A stretch of DNA of 64,000 nucleotides from Eledone cirrhosa (GCA_964016885.1 OZ024758.1:12648001-12712000), one strand, 5' to 3'. Shown: positions 44,570-57,900, counted from the first letter of the stretch. Numbers and translations: made by a program. Notes: generated from the sequence alone by a model not told the origin.

Positions 44570-45300
44570 AGCAGTGTGTCCAAAATCCTCCTCCTCACCA
44601 AGAAAGCTTGGTGTGGTTACCGGTTTACTCGCCGAGGACTCGACTTTGCATAGGCTGTACTGGGTTACATGTTACGTGTAGTACTGAAGTGCGACCTGAC
44701 ATCTCTGTAGAAGGACACTTCGATGTAAAACCTGCGATTTCGTTTGCATCCAATGATGTTGTGTAGTTCAGTTCTACTTTTTGGGTAAATGCATTCGATG
44801 TCAGGTTAGATACGAAAGGACGAAAACCGTTTGATGGTCACGGGTGACAGAGATATCACATGGTAACAAAACCACAGCTATGTCTTTTATAGATTGGGAT
44901 GGGGGCGTGTTACTCGGTTCCAAGCGGATGTGTTGGGACTTTTCAGCAGCAGTTTTCTTAACTCTTCAAGATGAGTGGTTTGATCGGAGACGGTCGATGG
45001 AATTTAGAGCCTACCTCGATGGTTTGCCACAGATCTCGAGGGAAGATCCAAATCTCTGCGGAAACACGGAAACTTCTCTCCTTATTAGGGATTTTGTTTT
45101 TTGTGCTTTCATTAACATTTTTACACGCAAAAACAACACTTTATCATCTTGTACCGCCCTGCCTCGTCCTGTGTTGTCATGTGTCGTCCTGTACCATCCT
45201 GTACCGTCCTGTACCGTCAAGTGCTGTCAAGTGTCATCCTGTGGTGTCCCTTAATGTGAACATTTCATGGCTAATAACGAAATAATTGAAATTATCATTA
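44570..45300 (+). mobile_element. Possible decayed L1/Tx1-type 3' fragment
   Basis: KCIRCQ...TV remnant near 44790-44830 and a tail catggctaataacgaaa followed by (att)n; heavily degenerate. Confidence 0.3.
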
Positions 45301-45303
45301 TCA

Positions 45304-45347
<44 letters not shown>

Positions 45348-45873
45348 GTTAAATTTTTATTGACCAACCCGCATTGCAAAGGTAAGATAATCAAAACGAA
45401 AGCGAAAAAACAAAAAAAAAAACAAAAAAAAACAACAACAACAACAAAAGAAAACAAATAAAGACTAAACGAACAAAACAACCAAAAATTTAATAAAAAG
45501 AAAAAAAAAGACATTTATGGAAAAAATAAAACATACAACATAAAAAATATAAACATATATAAAAGAAACAAGAAGACAACAGCTCCCTCTGTCGATGGTT
45601 TAACAATTACTCTAGTTATGATACACTATCCATCTGGAGTTTCTAGTACACTTCTTCCCCTCATCCACCACCCCACATGGAAAAATAAAAGAAAGAAAAC
45701 GAAAATGATCCTGCCCACACCACCCACACACATACACAGATCCAGTCCCCCACCCAGACCCACACCCTTACCCCCTAAACAATCCCACACAGATAAATAA
45801 AAGACAAAAAAAATTGGTTCTATAACGAAAAACATTACATAAACCTATCAAAACTTGCTTCTTTCCTTCCTTT

Positions 45874-46600
45874 CACCGCCACCGCCACCACCACCACCAC
45901 CACCACCACCACCATCATTATCACCACCACCTCACCATCACCATCACCATCATCATCATCACCACCACCTCACCATCACCATCACCGCCGCCATCAGCAC
46001 CACCACCACTACCTCCACTACCACCATCACCATCAGCACCACCACCGCCGCCATCAGCACAACCACCACCTCCACCACCACCACCACCACCATCACCACC
46101 ACCACCAACAACAACACCACCTCCACCCCCATCACCACCCCACCTCCACTACCACCACCTACACCACCACCACCACCACCACCACCACCACCACCAACAC
46201 CAACACCACCACCATCATTATCACCACCACCTCACCATCACCATCACCACCACCACCACCACCACCACCGCCGCCATCAGCACCACCACCACTACCTCCA
46301 CTACCACCATCACCATCAGCAGCAGCAGCAGCACCACCACCACCACCACCACCACCACCTCCACCACCCCCACCTACACTACCCCCACCTACACCACCAC
46401 CACCACCACCACCACCACCACCACCACCACCACCACCACCACCACCACCACCACCACCACCACCACCATCACCACCACCACCACCACCACCACCACCACC
46501 ATCACCACTACCACCACCACAACCACCACCATCATCCCTCCCACCACCACCACCACCACCACCACCACCATCACCACCATCACCACCACCACCGCCATCA
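45874..46600. repeat. (CAC)n-rich tract with internal duplication; similar tract at 58150-58630
   Basis: Direct reading. Confidence 0.93.
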
Positions 46601-46985
46601 GCATACATACAATATTCCTCTCGCCATAATTATTATTTTCTAAGTTAACGGCATCTGTGAGCATTCATATTTCAGCTTTGTATTTCTCACTCATTTATAT
46701 TCATTCAAGGGCAATTTCCTAAATGTTACAGCCTGCCTGCTATTTAGTTTGATATCACCCATTCAATTTTCCATCACACCTCCTTAAACAGCGGGTCTGT
46801 AAAATATTGCATTAGACCTGTTCTTATCCTTTCCTCCCTCAGCCCTTTTCCCCATTTTATTCTCCCCTTATCTCCCCTACTGGCTATCTGTTTAACCATT
46901 TATTTATTTATTTATTTATATATTCGTTTATTTATTCATGTTTGGAGGGATGTTAGTTGTTGTTGTTGTTATTATTGTTGTTGTT

Positions 46986-47200
46986 GGTGGATTGGCAGTA
47001 TCGGTAGAGGGTCGGACATGCTTTCCAGCATAGAGTTGCGTCCCTTTTACGATCTGAGTTCAAATCCCACCGAGGTTAACTTTGCCTTTCATCCTGGCGG
47101 GGTCGATAAAATAAAGTACCTGTCACGCACTGGGGTCGATTTAATCGACTTTCCCCTCCCCCAAATTACTGGCCTTGTGCCTATATAAGAAAATATTATT
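46986..47200 (+). mobile_element. SINE family A, long variant
   Basis: Consensus plus actggggtcgatttaatcgactt segment. Confidence 0.9.
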
Positions 47201-47410
47201 TTGGAGAGCAGGATGTGTGTGTGTGTGTGTGTGTGCGTGGATTTGCTTGCTATTTCTAGCCGCTGATGTGTCCACTTAGTCGTAGAGGAGTTCTTGTTGG
47301 TGACTATAGTTGTTACGTACGGCAGTCATGATTGAGCGAGCAGTTATAAGATACACAGATATTGAGTTGGTCGGTAGGTAGGTCTAACAATGAGGCAAGG
47401 CCCACAGATT

Positions 47411-49162
47411 CCTCTCCCCCAGGTATAAAATATATAATATATCTATCTGATTGTTTCTCTAGCTGAGAACTCTTCAGCTAACTCTTCCCCAGGTATATAA
47501 TATATAACATATCTATCTGCCTCTTTCTCTAGCTGAGAACTCTTCAGCTAACTCTTCCCCAGGTATATAATATATATCATATCTATCTGCCTGTTTCTCT
47601 AGCTGAGAACTCTTCAGCTAACTCTTCCCCAGGTATATAATATATAACATATCTATCTGTCTGTTTCTATAGCTGAGAACTCTTCAGTTAACTCTTCCCC
47701 AGGTATATAATATATAACATATCTATCTGCCTGTTTCTCTAGCTGAGAACTCCACAGTTAACTCTTCCCAAGGTATATAATATATATCATATCTATCTGC
47801 CTGTTTCTCGAGCTGAGAACTCCACAGCTAACTCTTCCCCGGGTATATAATATATATCATATCTATCTGCCTGTTTCTCTAGCTGAGAACTCCACAGCTA
47901 ACTCTTCCCCAGGTATATAATATATAACATATCTATTTGCCTGTTTCTCTAGCTGAGAACTCCACAGCTAACTCTACCCCAGGTAGATAATATATAACAT
48001 ATCTATCTGCCTGTTTCTCTAGCTGAGAACTCTTCAGCTAACTCTTCCCCAGGTATATAATATATAACATATCTATCTGCCTGTTTCTCTAGCTGAGAAC
48101 TCTTCAGCTAACTCTTCCCCAGGTATATAATATATAACATATCTATCTGCCTGTTTCTCTAGCTGAGAACTCTTCAGCTAACTCTTCTCCAGGTATATAA
48201 TATATAACATATCTATCTGCCTCTTTCTCTAGCTGAGAATTCCACAGCTAACTCTTCCCAATGTATATAATATATAACATATCTATCTGCCTCTTTCTCT
48301 AGCTGAGAACTCCACAGCTAACTCTTCCCCAGGTATATAATATATAACCTATCTATCTGCCTGTTTCTCTAGCTGAGAACTCCACAGCTAACTCTTCCCC
48401 AGGTATATAATATATAACATATCTATCTGCCTGTTTCTCTAGCTGAGAACTCTTCAGCTAACTCTTCTCCAGGTATATAATATATAACATATCTATCTGC
48501 CTGTTTCTCTAGCTGAGAACTCCACAGCTAACTCTTCCCCAGGTATATAATATATAACATATCTATCTGCCTGTTTCTCTAGCTGAGAACTCCACAGCTA
48601 ACTCTTCCCCAGGTATATAATATATAACATATCTATTTGCCTGTTTCTCTAGCTGAGAACTCCACAACTAACTCTACCCCAGGTATATAATATATAACAT
48701 ATCTATCTGCCTCTTTCTCTAGCTGAGAACTCTTCAGCTAACTCTTCTCCAGGTATATAATATATAACATATCTATCTGCCTGTTTCTCTAGCTGAGAAC
48801 TCTTCAGCTAACTCTTCCCCAGGTATATAATATATAATATATCTATCTGCCTGTTTCTCTAGCTGAGAACTCTTCAGCTAACTCTTCCCCAGATATATAA
48901 TATATAACATATCTACCTGCCTGTTTCTCTAGCTGAGAACTCTTCAGCTAACTCTCCCCCAGGTATATAATATATAATATATCTATCTGCCTGTTTCTCT
49001 AGCTGAGAACTCTTCAGCTAACTCTTCCCCAGATATATAATATATAACATATCTATCTGCCTGTTTCTCTAGCTGAGAACTCCACAGCTAACTCTACCCC
49101 AGGTATATAATAGATAACATATCTGTCTGCCTGTTTCTCTAGCTGAGAACTCCACAGCTAAG
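47411..49162. repeat. 70-bp tandem repeat, 25 copies, no indels
   Basis: Unit atctatctgcctgtttctctagctgagaactc(tt/ca)cagctaactcttccccaggtatataatatataacat; the aggtat motif (occasionally substituted) recurs every 70 bp from 47421 to 49101. Confidence 0.97.
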
Positions 49163-49768
49163 TCTGACATGCAGTGATGTATTATATGAGATACAGTCTT
49201 ATTATCCTCACTATTTATTGGTCCCCGTTCTCCTCCTATGTCTAGTTTATTTCTGTATGCCCGTAGATTCTTTGGCTGACAACAGCGGGAGCAGGCAAGC
49301 TGTATATAGTAATATCACGACAGTTGTTTGTCTGCACTTACTGATGCTGGTGTGCAGCATCTCAGCAAGGTGTTTGATGACAGCAGAGCTATTAATGTTA
49401 CAGCTATGTCACTGTATGAGTTCCTTGTATTTCTAGGACTGGAGGAGGAGGAGGCGGAGAGAGAGAGATAGAGAGAGAGGGAGGGAGAGAGAGGGAGAGA
49501 GAGAGAGAGAATGTTTTGTAGCAAGATGATGTTGTAATTGTGCTCGAGATTATTTTATACGTGACTCGGTGTTTGGAGACATATTTGCAGCTAGATCTTG
49601 TAATAGTCTAGATTATATATATATACCCCCACTCTCCTGAGCGTTAATTTAATAAACATTTATTGTACTGCCTCTCTGTTCTGTCCCCGTTCAATTTTTC
49701 ATTATATATATATATATATATATATACGATATTAACAAATGGAAACTATATTTATAAAACCATATTTA

Positions 49769-49829
49769 TTTCATTATACATATTTCAAGGACACCAAGTT
49801 AAATTATGGTGTGCTTTCATCAGATAAAA
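49769..49829 (-). ncRNA. Type I hammerhead ribozyme motif (family F)
   Basis: Reverse complement of 9201-9261; followed at 49831-49853 by an inverted copy of its own helix II. Confidence 0.8.
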
Positions 49830-49879
49830 TATAATTTAACTTGGTGTCCTTGATATAATATATTAATATATATATATTA

Positions 49880-49923
<44 letters not shown>

Positions 49924-50078
49924 TATATATATATATATATATATAATTATATATATAATATACTATATATATATATATATATAATATATATATATATATA
50001 TTATTATATATTATATAATATATATATATAATATATAATATATATTATATATTCTATATATTATATATATATATATAT

Positions 50079-50110
<32 letters not shown>

Positions 50111-50139
50111 ATAATATTATATATATATATATATATAAT

Positions 50140-50497
<358 letters not shown>

Positions 50498-50608
50498 AAA
50501 AATATATATATATATATGTATGTATATATAAATCTCTCTCTGGTGCCTACATCATCTCACCCCTCTAATAAATACTTCCTTGCGTGATTGTTTCCAAGAC
50601 TCTCTAAT

Positions 50609-50659
50609 ACGTCACGTTCCGGCGGCAGTCGGTCGCTAGGCGATAGTTTCTATGGCGAC
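50609..50659. promoter_or_regulatory. CpG-rich island with two RFX X-box-like motifs, CRE half-site and Ets core
   Basis: acgtca 50609, ttccgg 50617, gtcgctaggcgat 50632-50644, gtttctatggcgac 50646-50659. Confidence 0.4.
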
Positions 50660-50788
50660 ACACTATAAACACTTTACACTCTACAATTATCTTTACCTGA
50701 TCGTTTCTTGGAAATCAGGATTTCAGCTAACAACACAGGATTTATTTAACGACATATCTCTTGATTTTGTCTTTCGAAACCACACCCG

Positions 50789-50850
50789 TACTACTACTAC
50801 TACTACTGCTACTACTACTACTGCTGCTACTACTACTGCTGTTGCTGCTG

Positions 50851-50887
<37 letters not shown>

Positions 50888-50892
50888 AACTA

Positions 50893-50927
<35 letters not shown>

Positions 50928-50935
50928 ACTACTAC

Positions 50936-50969
<34 letters not shown>

Positions 50970-50991
50970 GCTGCTGCTACTACTACTACTG

Positions 50992-51035
<44 letters not shown>

Positions 51036-51069
51036 GCTGTTGCTGCTACTACTACTGCTGTTGCTGCTG

Positions 51070-51108
<39 letters not shown>
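50789..51108. repeat. (CTA/CTG)n tract; similar at 6803-6945
   Basis: Direct reading. Confidence 0.95.
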
Positions 51109-51109
<1 letters not shown>

Positions 51110-51459
51110 ACCTCGTCTATTTCTATCAATATCATCATCACCACCAACAGCAGCAATAACAACAACAGTAGCATCACGATCATCACTACCACCACCACTA
51201 CCACCACAAGCCTACTTCAACAACATCATCGCCACAACATTATAACCCCACCAACTACTACCACTATCAACTTCATCTCATAGTTGTGGTGGTGATTGAA
51301 GATAAAGGTAACAATGAAGCTGGTGCTGTTCTTTAGTCTAAGATCTGTCAGAATTCTCCAGATCTTTTATCATATATCAACTGGATTGCTCCAGATGTCC
51401 TTTTGCTTTTCCGAGAAGATGGAGAGTAATTTGAAGAGTGGAACAAGAGAAGAGTTGGA

Positions 51460-51830
51460 TAGTGGAATAATGGAATAGTGGAATAGTGGAATAGTGGAAT
51501 AGTGGAATTAGGGTAGAACGGTTTAAGGGAATAGTGGTATATTGGTATATTGGAACTAGGGTAGAACGGTATGATGGAACAAAGGAAGAACGGATCAAGG
51601 GAAGAGTGGAATAGTGGAATAAAGGAAGAGCGGTGTAACAGAACAGAGGAAAGAGCGGTATAATGGAAGAGTGGAAGAGCGGTTTAACGGAAGAGAGGAA
51701 GAGCGGTTTAACAGAAGAGAGGAAGAGCGGTTTAACAGAAGAGAGGAAGAGCGGTTTAACAGAAGAGAGGAAGAGCGGTTTAACAGAAGAGAGGAAGAGC
51801 GGTATAACAGAACAAGAGAAGAGCGTTTTA
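51460..51830. repeat. 8-bp (ggaatagt)n grading into a 24-bp minisatellite (aacagaagagaggaagagcggttt)
   Basis: Direct reading. Confidence 0.9.
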
Positions 51831-52031
51831 CTAAAACAAGGAGTGACCAAGTGGCCGAGTGTGATAGCTAGTTGTTATATCGGTGTGATGTCATCAGATG
51901 TGATATAAACAACAGATGTTGCTGGATTAGACAATTATAGTATTGATGTGTAATTAAGAGTTAGAAGAGAAGCATGTAATTATATATAAACGGTGGTGTC
52001 TCTTTAGAGACGACTGCCATTGGTTTCCTGC

Positions 52032-52081
<50 letters not shown>

Positions 52082-52082
52082 G

Positions 52083-52118
<36 letters not shown>

Positions 52119-52124
52119 GATAGA

Positions 52125-52200
52125 CAGGGTGTCCCAAAAATGTATACACACTTTGATTAGAATGCTGTTGAAATGTGTATACATTTTTTTGGACACCCTG
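52125..52200. mobile_element. Tc1/mariner-type MITE (76 bp)
   Basis: TIRs cagggtgtcccaaaaatgtatacaca / tgtgtatacatttttttggacaccctg. Confidence 0.75.
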
Positions 52201-52266
52201 TGTGTGTGTATATATATATATGTGCGTGTGTATGTAGATGATTGTAGTGTATGTATTTCTTGTATG

Positions 52267-52321
<55 letters not shown>

Positions 52322-52375
52322 ATATGTACGTGTTGTTTGTATGTATGTATTGTATGTATGTATATATATATACAT

Positions 52376-52555
52376 ACTATATCTATTACATACTATCCTT
52401 TTCAGGAATACTGGAACACATAAACACACGCACACTCAATTACATAAATGCATATATATATACATATATATATATATATGCATTTATGTAATTGAGTGTG
52501 CGTGTGTTTATGTGTTCCAGTATTCCTGAAAAGGATAGTATGTAAAAGATATAGT
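52376..52555. repeat. 180-bp near-perfect palindrome centred on a short (TA)n
   Basis: 52386-52462 is the exact reverse complement of 52469-52545; extends 10 bp further with one mismatch. Confidence 0.95.
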
Positions 52556-52560
52556 GGAAC

Positions 52561-52725
52561 ATTCGACCCCAGTATTTCACTGGTACTTTATTTTTATCGA
52601 CTTCTAAATTATGAAAGGCAAAGTTGACCTCGGCGGGATTTGAACTCTGAGAGCTGAGAACCAGACCAAACCGAATACCACAAAGTATTCTATCCGAGGT
52701 TCTAACGACTCTATCATTTCGTCGC
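52561..52725 (-). mobile_element. SINE family A, older subfamily
   Basis: tcgaccccagt...ctggtacttta...tgaaaggcaaagttgacctcggcgggatttgaactc. Confidence 0.75.
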
Positions 52726-53958
52726 TTAATAAGATAATAGGGGTGTTACAAAGTAGGAACGAAGATAGGAAAGACTTGGACAATAAGACACAAAGAAATA
52801 ACAACAAAAATCCCAAAACAAAATGGACGTGTTGAATAAAGAAAAGAAGAGTTACATAAAATATATAAAAAGACTTATGCAAAAGGAAATATGAAGGAGA
52901 GAAATACAAATGTGAAGTAAAGGAGTGTGAATTATATTTCACTCTACACTTAATGGTGAGGAAGGAGCCTGAACAGAAAAATTGTAACAGAACAGAGGAG
53001 AATATGACAGCAATAAATTGGTATATTATTACTAAAATATCTCCTTACCGCCATTTTCGTTTTTACACTACCACACATATAGAGACACACACAGATATAC
53101 ACTCACAGACATACACTCACAGACATACACAGACACACACATACACAGACATACACACAGAGACCTACAGACACACAGACACACGGACATACACACACAC
53201 ACACACAGACACACACACATACACACACAGGCACACATACACACAGACACACACATATGCTCTCTCTCTCTCTCACACACACACATACACACACACTCAC
53301 ATACATAGAGACACACAGACACACACACAGAGACACACAGAGACACACACGCACACACACATGCACTCAGACGTACACATACACACATACACACACAGAC
53401 ATATACACACACAGAGACACACACAGACAGACGCACGCACGCACACAGACACAAACATACACACACATACACACGACATTTATCTCTTCAATTTTCCCTT
53501 TCTCTTCTTCCTCCATCTATCTCAACTCTTCTCTCTCTCTCTCTCTTTCTTTCACACTCTCATTTTATCCTGTTATATGTCCACAAATGACTCTTTTCTC
53601 CTTCATCAGATCAGTTCTATAAAGCTACGACCACCACTACAGCACACCATAGAATGGTAACACAACAGTAAGATGGATACAAGCTAGTTGAGTTGAGAAG
53701 AGTCTAATTGTTATGTCTGCTACTGCTCAAATCTAAAGACTGTCGTTTCCAACTGTAGCAATACCTCGACGCCAAATCTTACGAATGAATTCATCAAAGA
53801 TTCTACCATGTTATTATCGCGTGGTTAAAGTTGACGAGATCAGAATAAAAGCACTGAGTACCTCCTCATTCTCGCACATTCTTCCCAAAGTATTCACCAT
53901 TTCTACTTTTTCTTTTCAATCTCTCTCTAGCTCTCTCTCTCTCTCTCCTCTCTCTTAC

Positions 53959-53996
<38 letters not shown>

Positions 53997-54109
53997 ACTC
54001 CTCTCTCTCAATTCTCTCTCTCTCTCACCCTCTCACTCTCTCTTTATATATATATATATTTATATATATAGTGAAAGAGTGAAGAATAACATGGTCGGCT
54101 GTACAAAAA

Positions 54110-54206
<97 letters not shown>

Positions 54207-54380
54207 TATATTATATATATATATATTCGTCTCTCACACCCTGTTTCTCTCCCGCTCTCACTCTTCTTTATCTATCTATCTTTCTTTCTTTCTTTCTCTC
54301 TTTCTTTTACTTCCCATTTTTTTTTCTTTTTTTTCATTTCCATCCGTTTTTTCATCTGATACCCCCCCCTCTCTCTCTGA

Positions 54381-54433
<53 letters not shown>

Positions 54434-54530
54434 AAGAAAGAAGACTAAAAATTGTATATGTATTTTCGTGAATGAGTATATATGTATATACACACACACA
54501 CTCACACACATATATATATATGTATATATG

Positions 54531-54621
<91 letters not shown>

Positions 54622-54626
54622 GTATA

Positions 54627-54671
<45 letters not shown>

Positions 54672-54689
54672 GTATATATATGTACACAC

Positions 54690-54720
<31 letters not shown>

Positions 54721-55045
54721 CACACACACATACATTTTATCCTCTCATTGATTTCTTCCCAACTCTTCCACATCGCCTCCACTACACACCACAATAACAT
54801 CTCACATCCTACATCCTTTCATTGTATACCATTCTTCTTTCTCTCCTCCTTTACCTCTAAAATGTTCTACTAATCTTCTGCCCCCCCCCCCCCCCCCTCC
54901 CTCCCTCCCCTTCTCTTCACATAATTCTTATTGTTCTGACATATTTAAATACTATTTTCCAGAGAGTGTATCACATTTAGAACAACTTGTTTCTGTCATG
55001 AAGTCGAAAACATAAATTGAACAAATAACTTTAACACTGATTTCC

Positions 55046-55141
55046 GTTCTTCTTCTTCTTCTTCTTCTTCTTCTTCTTCTTCTTCTTCTTCTTCTTCTTC
55101 TTCTTCTTCTTCTTCTTCTTCTTCTTCTTCTTCTTCTTCTT
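55046..55141. repeat. (CTT)n microsatellite
   Basis: Direct reading. Confidence 0.97.
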
Positions 55142-55253
55142 GTCGTCGTTGCAGTAAACTTTTATATGTTTATGCATAGTGCATATGTTACAATTGTGTG
55201 TATGTGTATATATACATACATACATATATACAGATATATATTTATATATATAT

Positions 55254-55420
55254 ATAACGAAGGAAATGTAGTAAGGAACCAGATGGACCATAACGCACCA
55301 AAGTACTCAATACTTAGGGTAGTAGAGTGGGTAATAGGAACGAGTAGGACCCCGACGACTGAGCCGTCCAGAATTAGCCGTCGAAACGGCTTGAGCTCAG
55401 CCGTCGGGGTCCTACTCGTT

Positions 55421-55425
<5 letters not shown>
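55254..55425 (-). mobile_element. Family C element with fold-back end
   Basis: Arms ataggaacgagtaggaccccgacgactgagc / gctcagccgtcggggtcctactcgttcctat; (TA)n flanks. Confidence 0.85.
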
Positions 55426-55485
<60 letters not shown>

Positions 55486-55531
55486 GTGTGTGTGTGTGTG
55501 TAAGTGTGTGTGTGTGTGTGTGATTCAAGCG

Positions 55532-55643
55532 ACGTGAAATAAAGTCTCTTGCCCAAGGACATAGCGCACCGCCCGGTCCGGAAATCGAAATCACAACCTC
55601 ACGATTGCGAATTCAATTCTCTAACCACTCAACCACGCGCCTT
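55532..55643 (-). mobile_element. SINE family B head
   Basis: Reverse complement of the 50278 head. Confidence 0.8.
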
Positions 55644-55651
55644 TATATATC

Positions 55652-55735
<84 letters not shown>

Positions 55736-55796
55736 TGTATGTGTGTGTGTACATACCTTGATTCTCCTATTATAGGACAAGTCATATATTATTTTC

Positions 55797-55959
55797 CCTT
55801 TACGTTCTGAGTCCAAGTTCCTCCGAGGTAAGCATTAACTTTCATACTTACGAGGGTCAATAAAATAAAGTACCAGTAACGTACTGGTGTCGAGTTAATC
55901 GACTTTTCCCACCCACAAAAAATTGTTGACCCTGTGCCTAAAAAAGAAACCATTATTAT
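55797..55959 (+). mobile_element. SINE family A, 5'-truncated and diverged
   Basis: Central domain and tail match. Confidence 0.75.
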
Positions 55960-56525
55960 CACTTTACCTAAGAATGTGTTTGCACTTTTTCAAGTAGCTT
56001 AAAGAAATATGAACTTCTTATCTGGTTGAACTGAAGTGTTGCGCTGCATACGAATGCATCCTGCAACTGCAATTTGCAAATTTAAAGTGGAATCAATGAG
56101 CAAATGTAGTTTAATCTGATAAAATAGACAGAGGTTAATCATCGTTTTAAAGAGTTAAAGTGAGGCCTTAATTTTTAATCTATTGAAGGATCGGGAAAGG
56201 AGGAGAAATTGAAGAAAAAAGATCCCTAACAAAAACCTACTTCAAATATTAAGTAGAGGTTATCAAACTTAATATATAACCCGAGTACTTCTGACCAGCA
56301 AACAGTAATAGAACCCTTCCTCAACACATCTAGACACATACAAACACTTGTACATACAACAGGGTTTGTCAACCTTATTAGATATAACCCAACCACTGCT
56401 TTGCTTAAACGTGTTTAAAGAAATGGGGTCTGCATAGACTCTAAATTCTAAAGTTTCTCCCGACCGCGGAGATTCATCAGGCCACACATGCTGCACGGCA
56501 GCTATAACTTTCGGTTTATACTTAA

Positions 56526-56565
<40 letters not shown>

Positions 56566-56569
<4 letters not shown>

Positions 56570-56756
56570 ACCCCGACGGCTGAGCTCAAGCCGTTTCTAG
56601 TCCAGAATTAGCCGTTTTTAGTCCAGAATTAGCCGTCGAAACGGCTTGAGCTCAGCCGTCGGGGTCCTACTCGTTCCTATTACCCACTCTACTACCCTAA
56701 GTATTGAGTAATTTGGTGCGTTATGGTCCACCTGGTTCCTTACCACATTTCCTTCG

Positions 56757-56760
<4 letters not shown>
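56566..56760 (+). mobile_element. Family C element with fold-back 5' end
   Basis: Inverted arm, duplicated tagtccagaattagccgt, then GAAA-cggct-tgagctc-agccGTC-ggggtcc and body; (TA)n flanks. Confidence 0.85.
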
Positions 56761-56806
<46 letters not shown>

Positions 56807-57074
56807 GATGGTTGCCCTCGTTATCGAGTATGGCCATTGCACGATTTAACAATATAACATTATTAATAATTATTAACTAATGCTATTGTGCAATGCCTGT
56901 GCGTGAAGATTTTTTTGAAAGTGAGGAAAGACTGTGCACTGAACCAATCCCACTCTCTGAGCGACAGTAGCTATAACCCGAAAAGAAGCAAAAAATATAT
57001 ATACATACATACATATATATATATATATACACACACACATACGATCCCCCCCCCCCCACACATACACACACATT

Positions 57075-57136
<62 letters not shown>

Positions 57137-57226
57137 TATTAACAAAAGTAGAGGATCTACCGCGAGCTCGACAATTTCGGCTAATTACTTATATATATAT
57201 ATATCTCTATATATATATATATATAT

Positions 57227-57419
57227 ATAGGAACAAGTAAGACCCCGACGGCTGAGTTCAAGCCGTTTCGACGGCTAATTCTGTACTCAATTAGCCGTCG
57301 AAACGGCTTGAGCTCAGCCGTCGGGGTCCTACTCGTTCCTATTACCCACTCTACTACCCTAAGTAATGAGTAATTTGGTGCGTTATGGTCCACCTGGTTC
57401 CTTACCACATTTCCTTCGT

Positions 57420-57422
<3 letters not shown>
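57227..57422 (+). mobile_element. Family C element with 54-bp fold-back arms
   Basis: Arms 57227-57280 and 57289-57342 (3 mismatches) with an 8-nt spacer; (TA)n flanks. Confidence 0.85.
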
Positions 57423-57450
<28 letters not shown>

Positions 57451-57839
57451 ACACACACACATACATACATACACACATACATACATACATACATACACAC
57501 ATACATACATACGTACGTATATAAATGCTTTTATCAGCTAAAATCTCAATATAGTTTATTATTAATCTTAATTAAGAAATAACCACCGTTTGAACCCCGA
57601 ACCTTCTCCGTGTGTATTGAGACAGCTTTCTCTTGTCTGACCCTAATAAACACTCCCTGACCTGTTACTGTTGCCCAATAATTGAACATCTAACACTGGG
57701 GCCCCCTTAGTGCAACCCCCCAACATCTAGAAATAAAACACCCCGTCCTAATTTTAGTGCCACGCCTTCTTTAGTTAGTTTCAATAAAAAGAGGAGTTGC
57801 AGTAGCGGCGGGGTGAATCAAAGAGGTAGAATGGCTATA

Positions 57840-57900
<61 letters not shown>

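Noticed and set aside
47411-49162. Hammerhead satellite (minus strand CTGAAGA...GAAA in each unit)
   Set aside because: Helix II overlaps the GAAA, no helix I partner or properly placed NUH, and many units mutate CTGAAGA to CTGTGGA
49324-49369. Plus-strand peptide CLSALTDAGVQHLSK resembling a leucine-rich repeat
   Set aside because: Stops immediately upstream and weak splice sites; single short match
51377-51908. Repetitive ORFs (SSVKPLFL / TEERKSGL)
   Set aside because: Explained by the 24-bp minisatellite; no splice or homology support
56448-56482. Minus-strand CTGATGA-atctccgcggtcggga-GAAA-cttta
   Set aside because: Core present but helix I does not pair and helix II closing pair is missing; at best a decayed hammerhead, not counted
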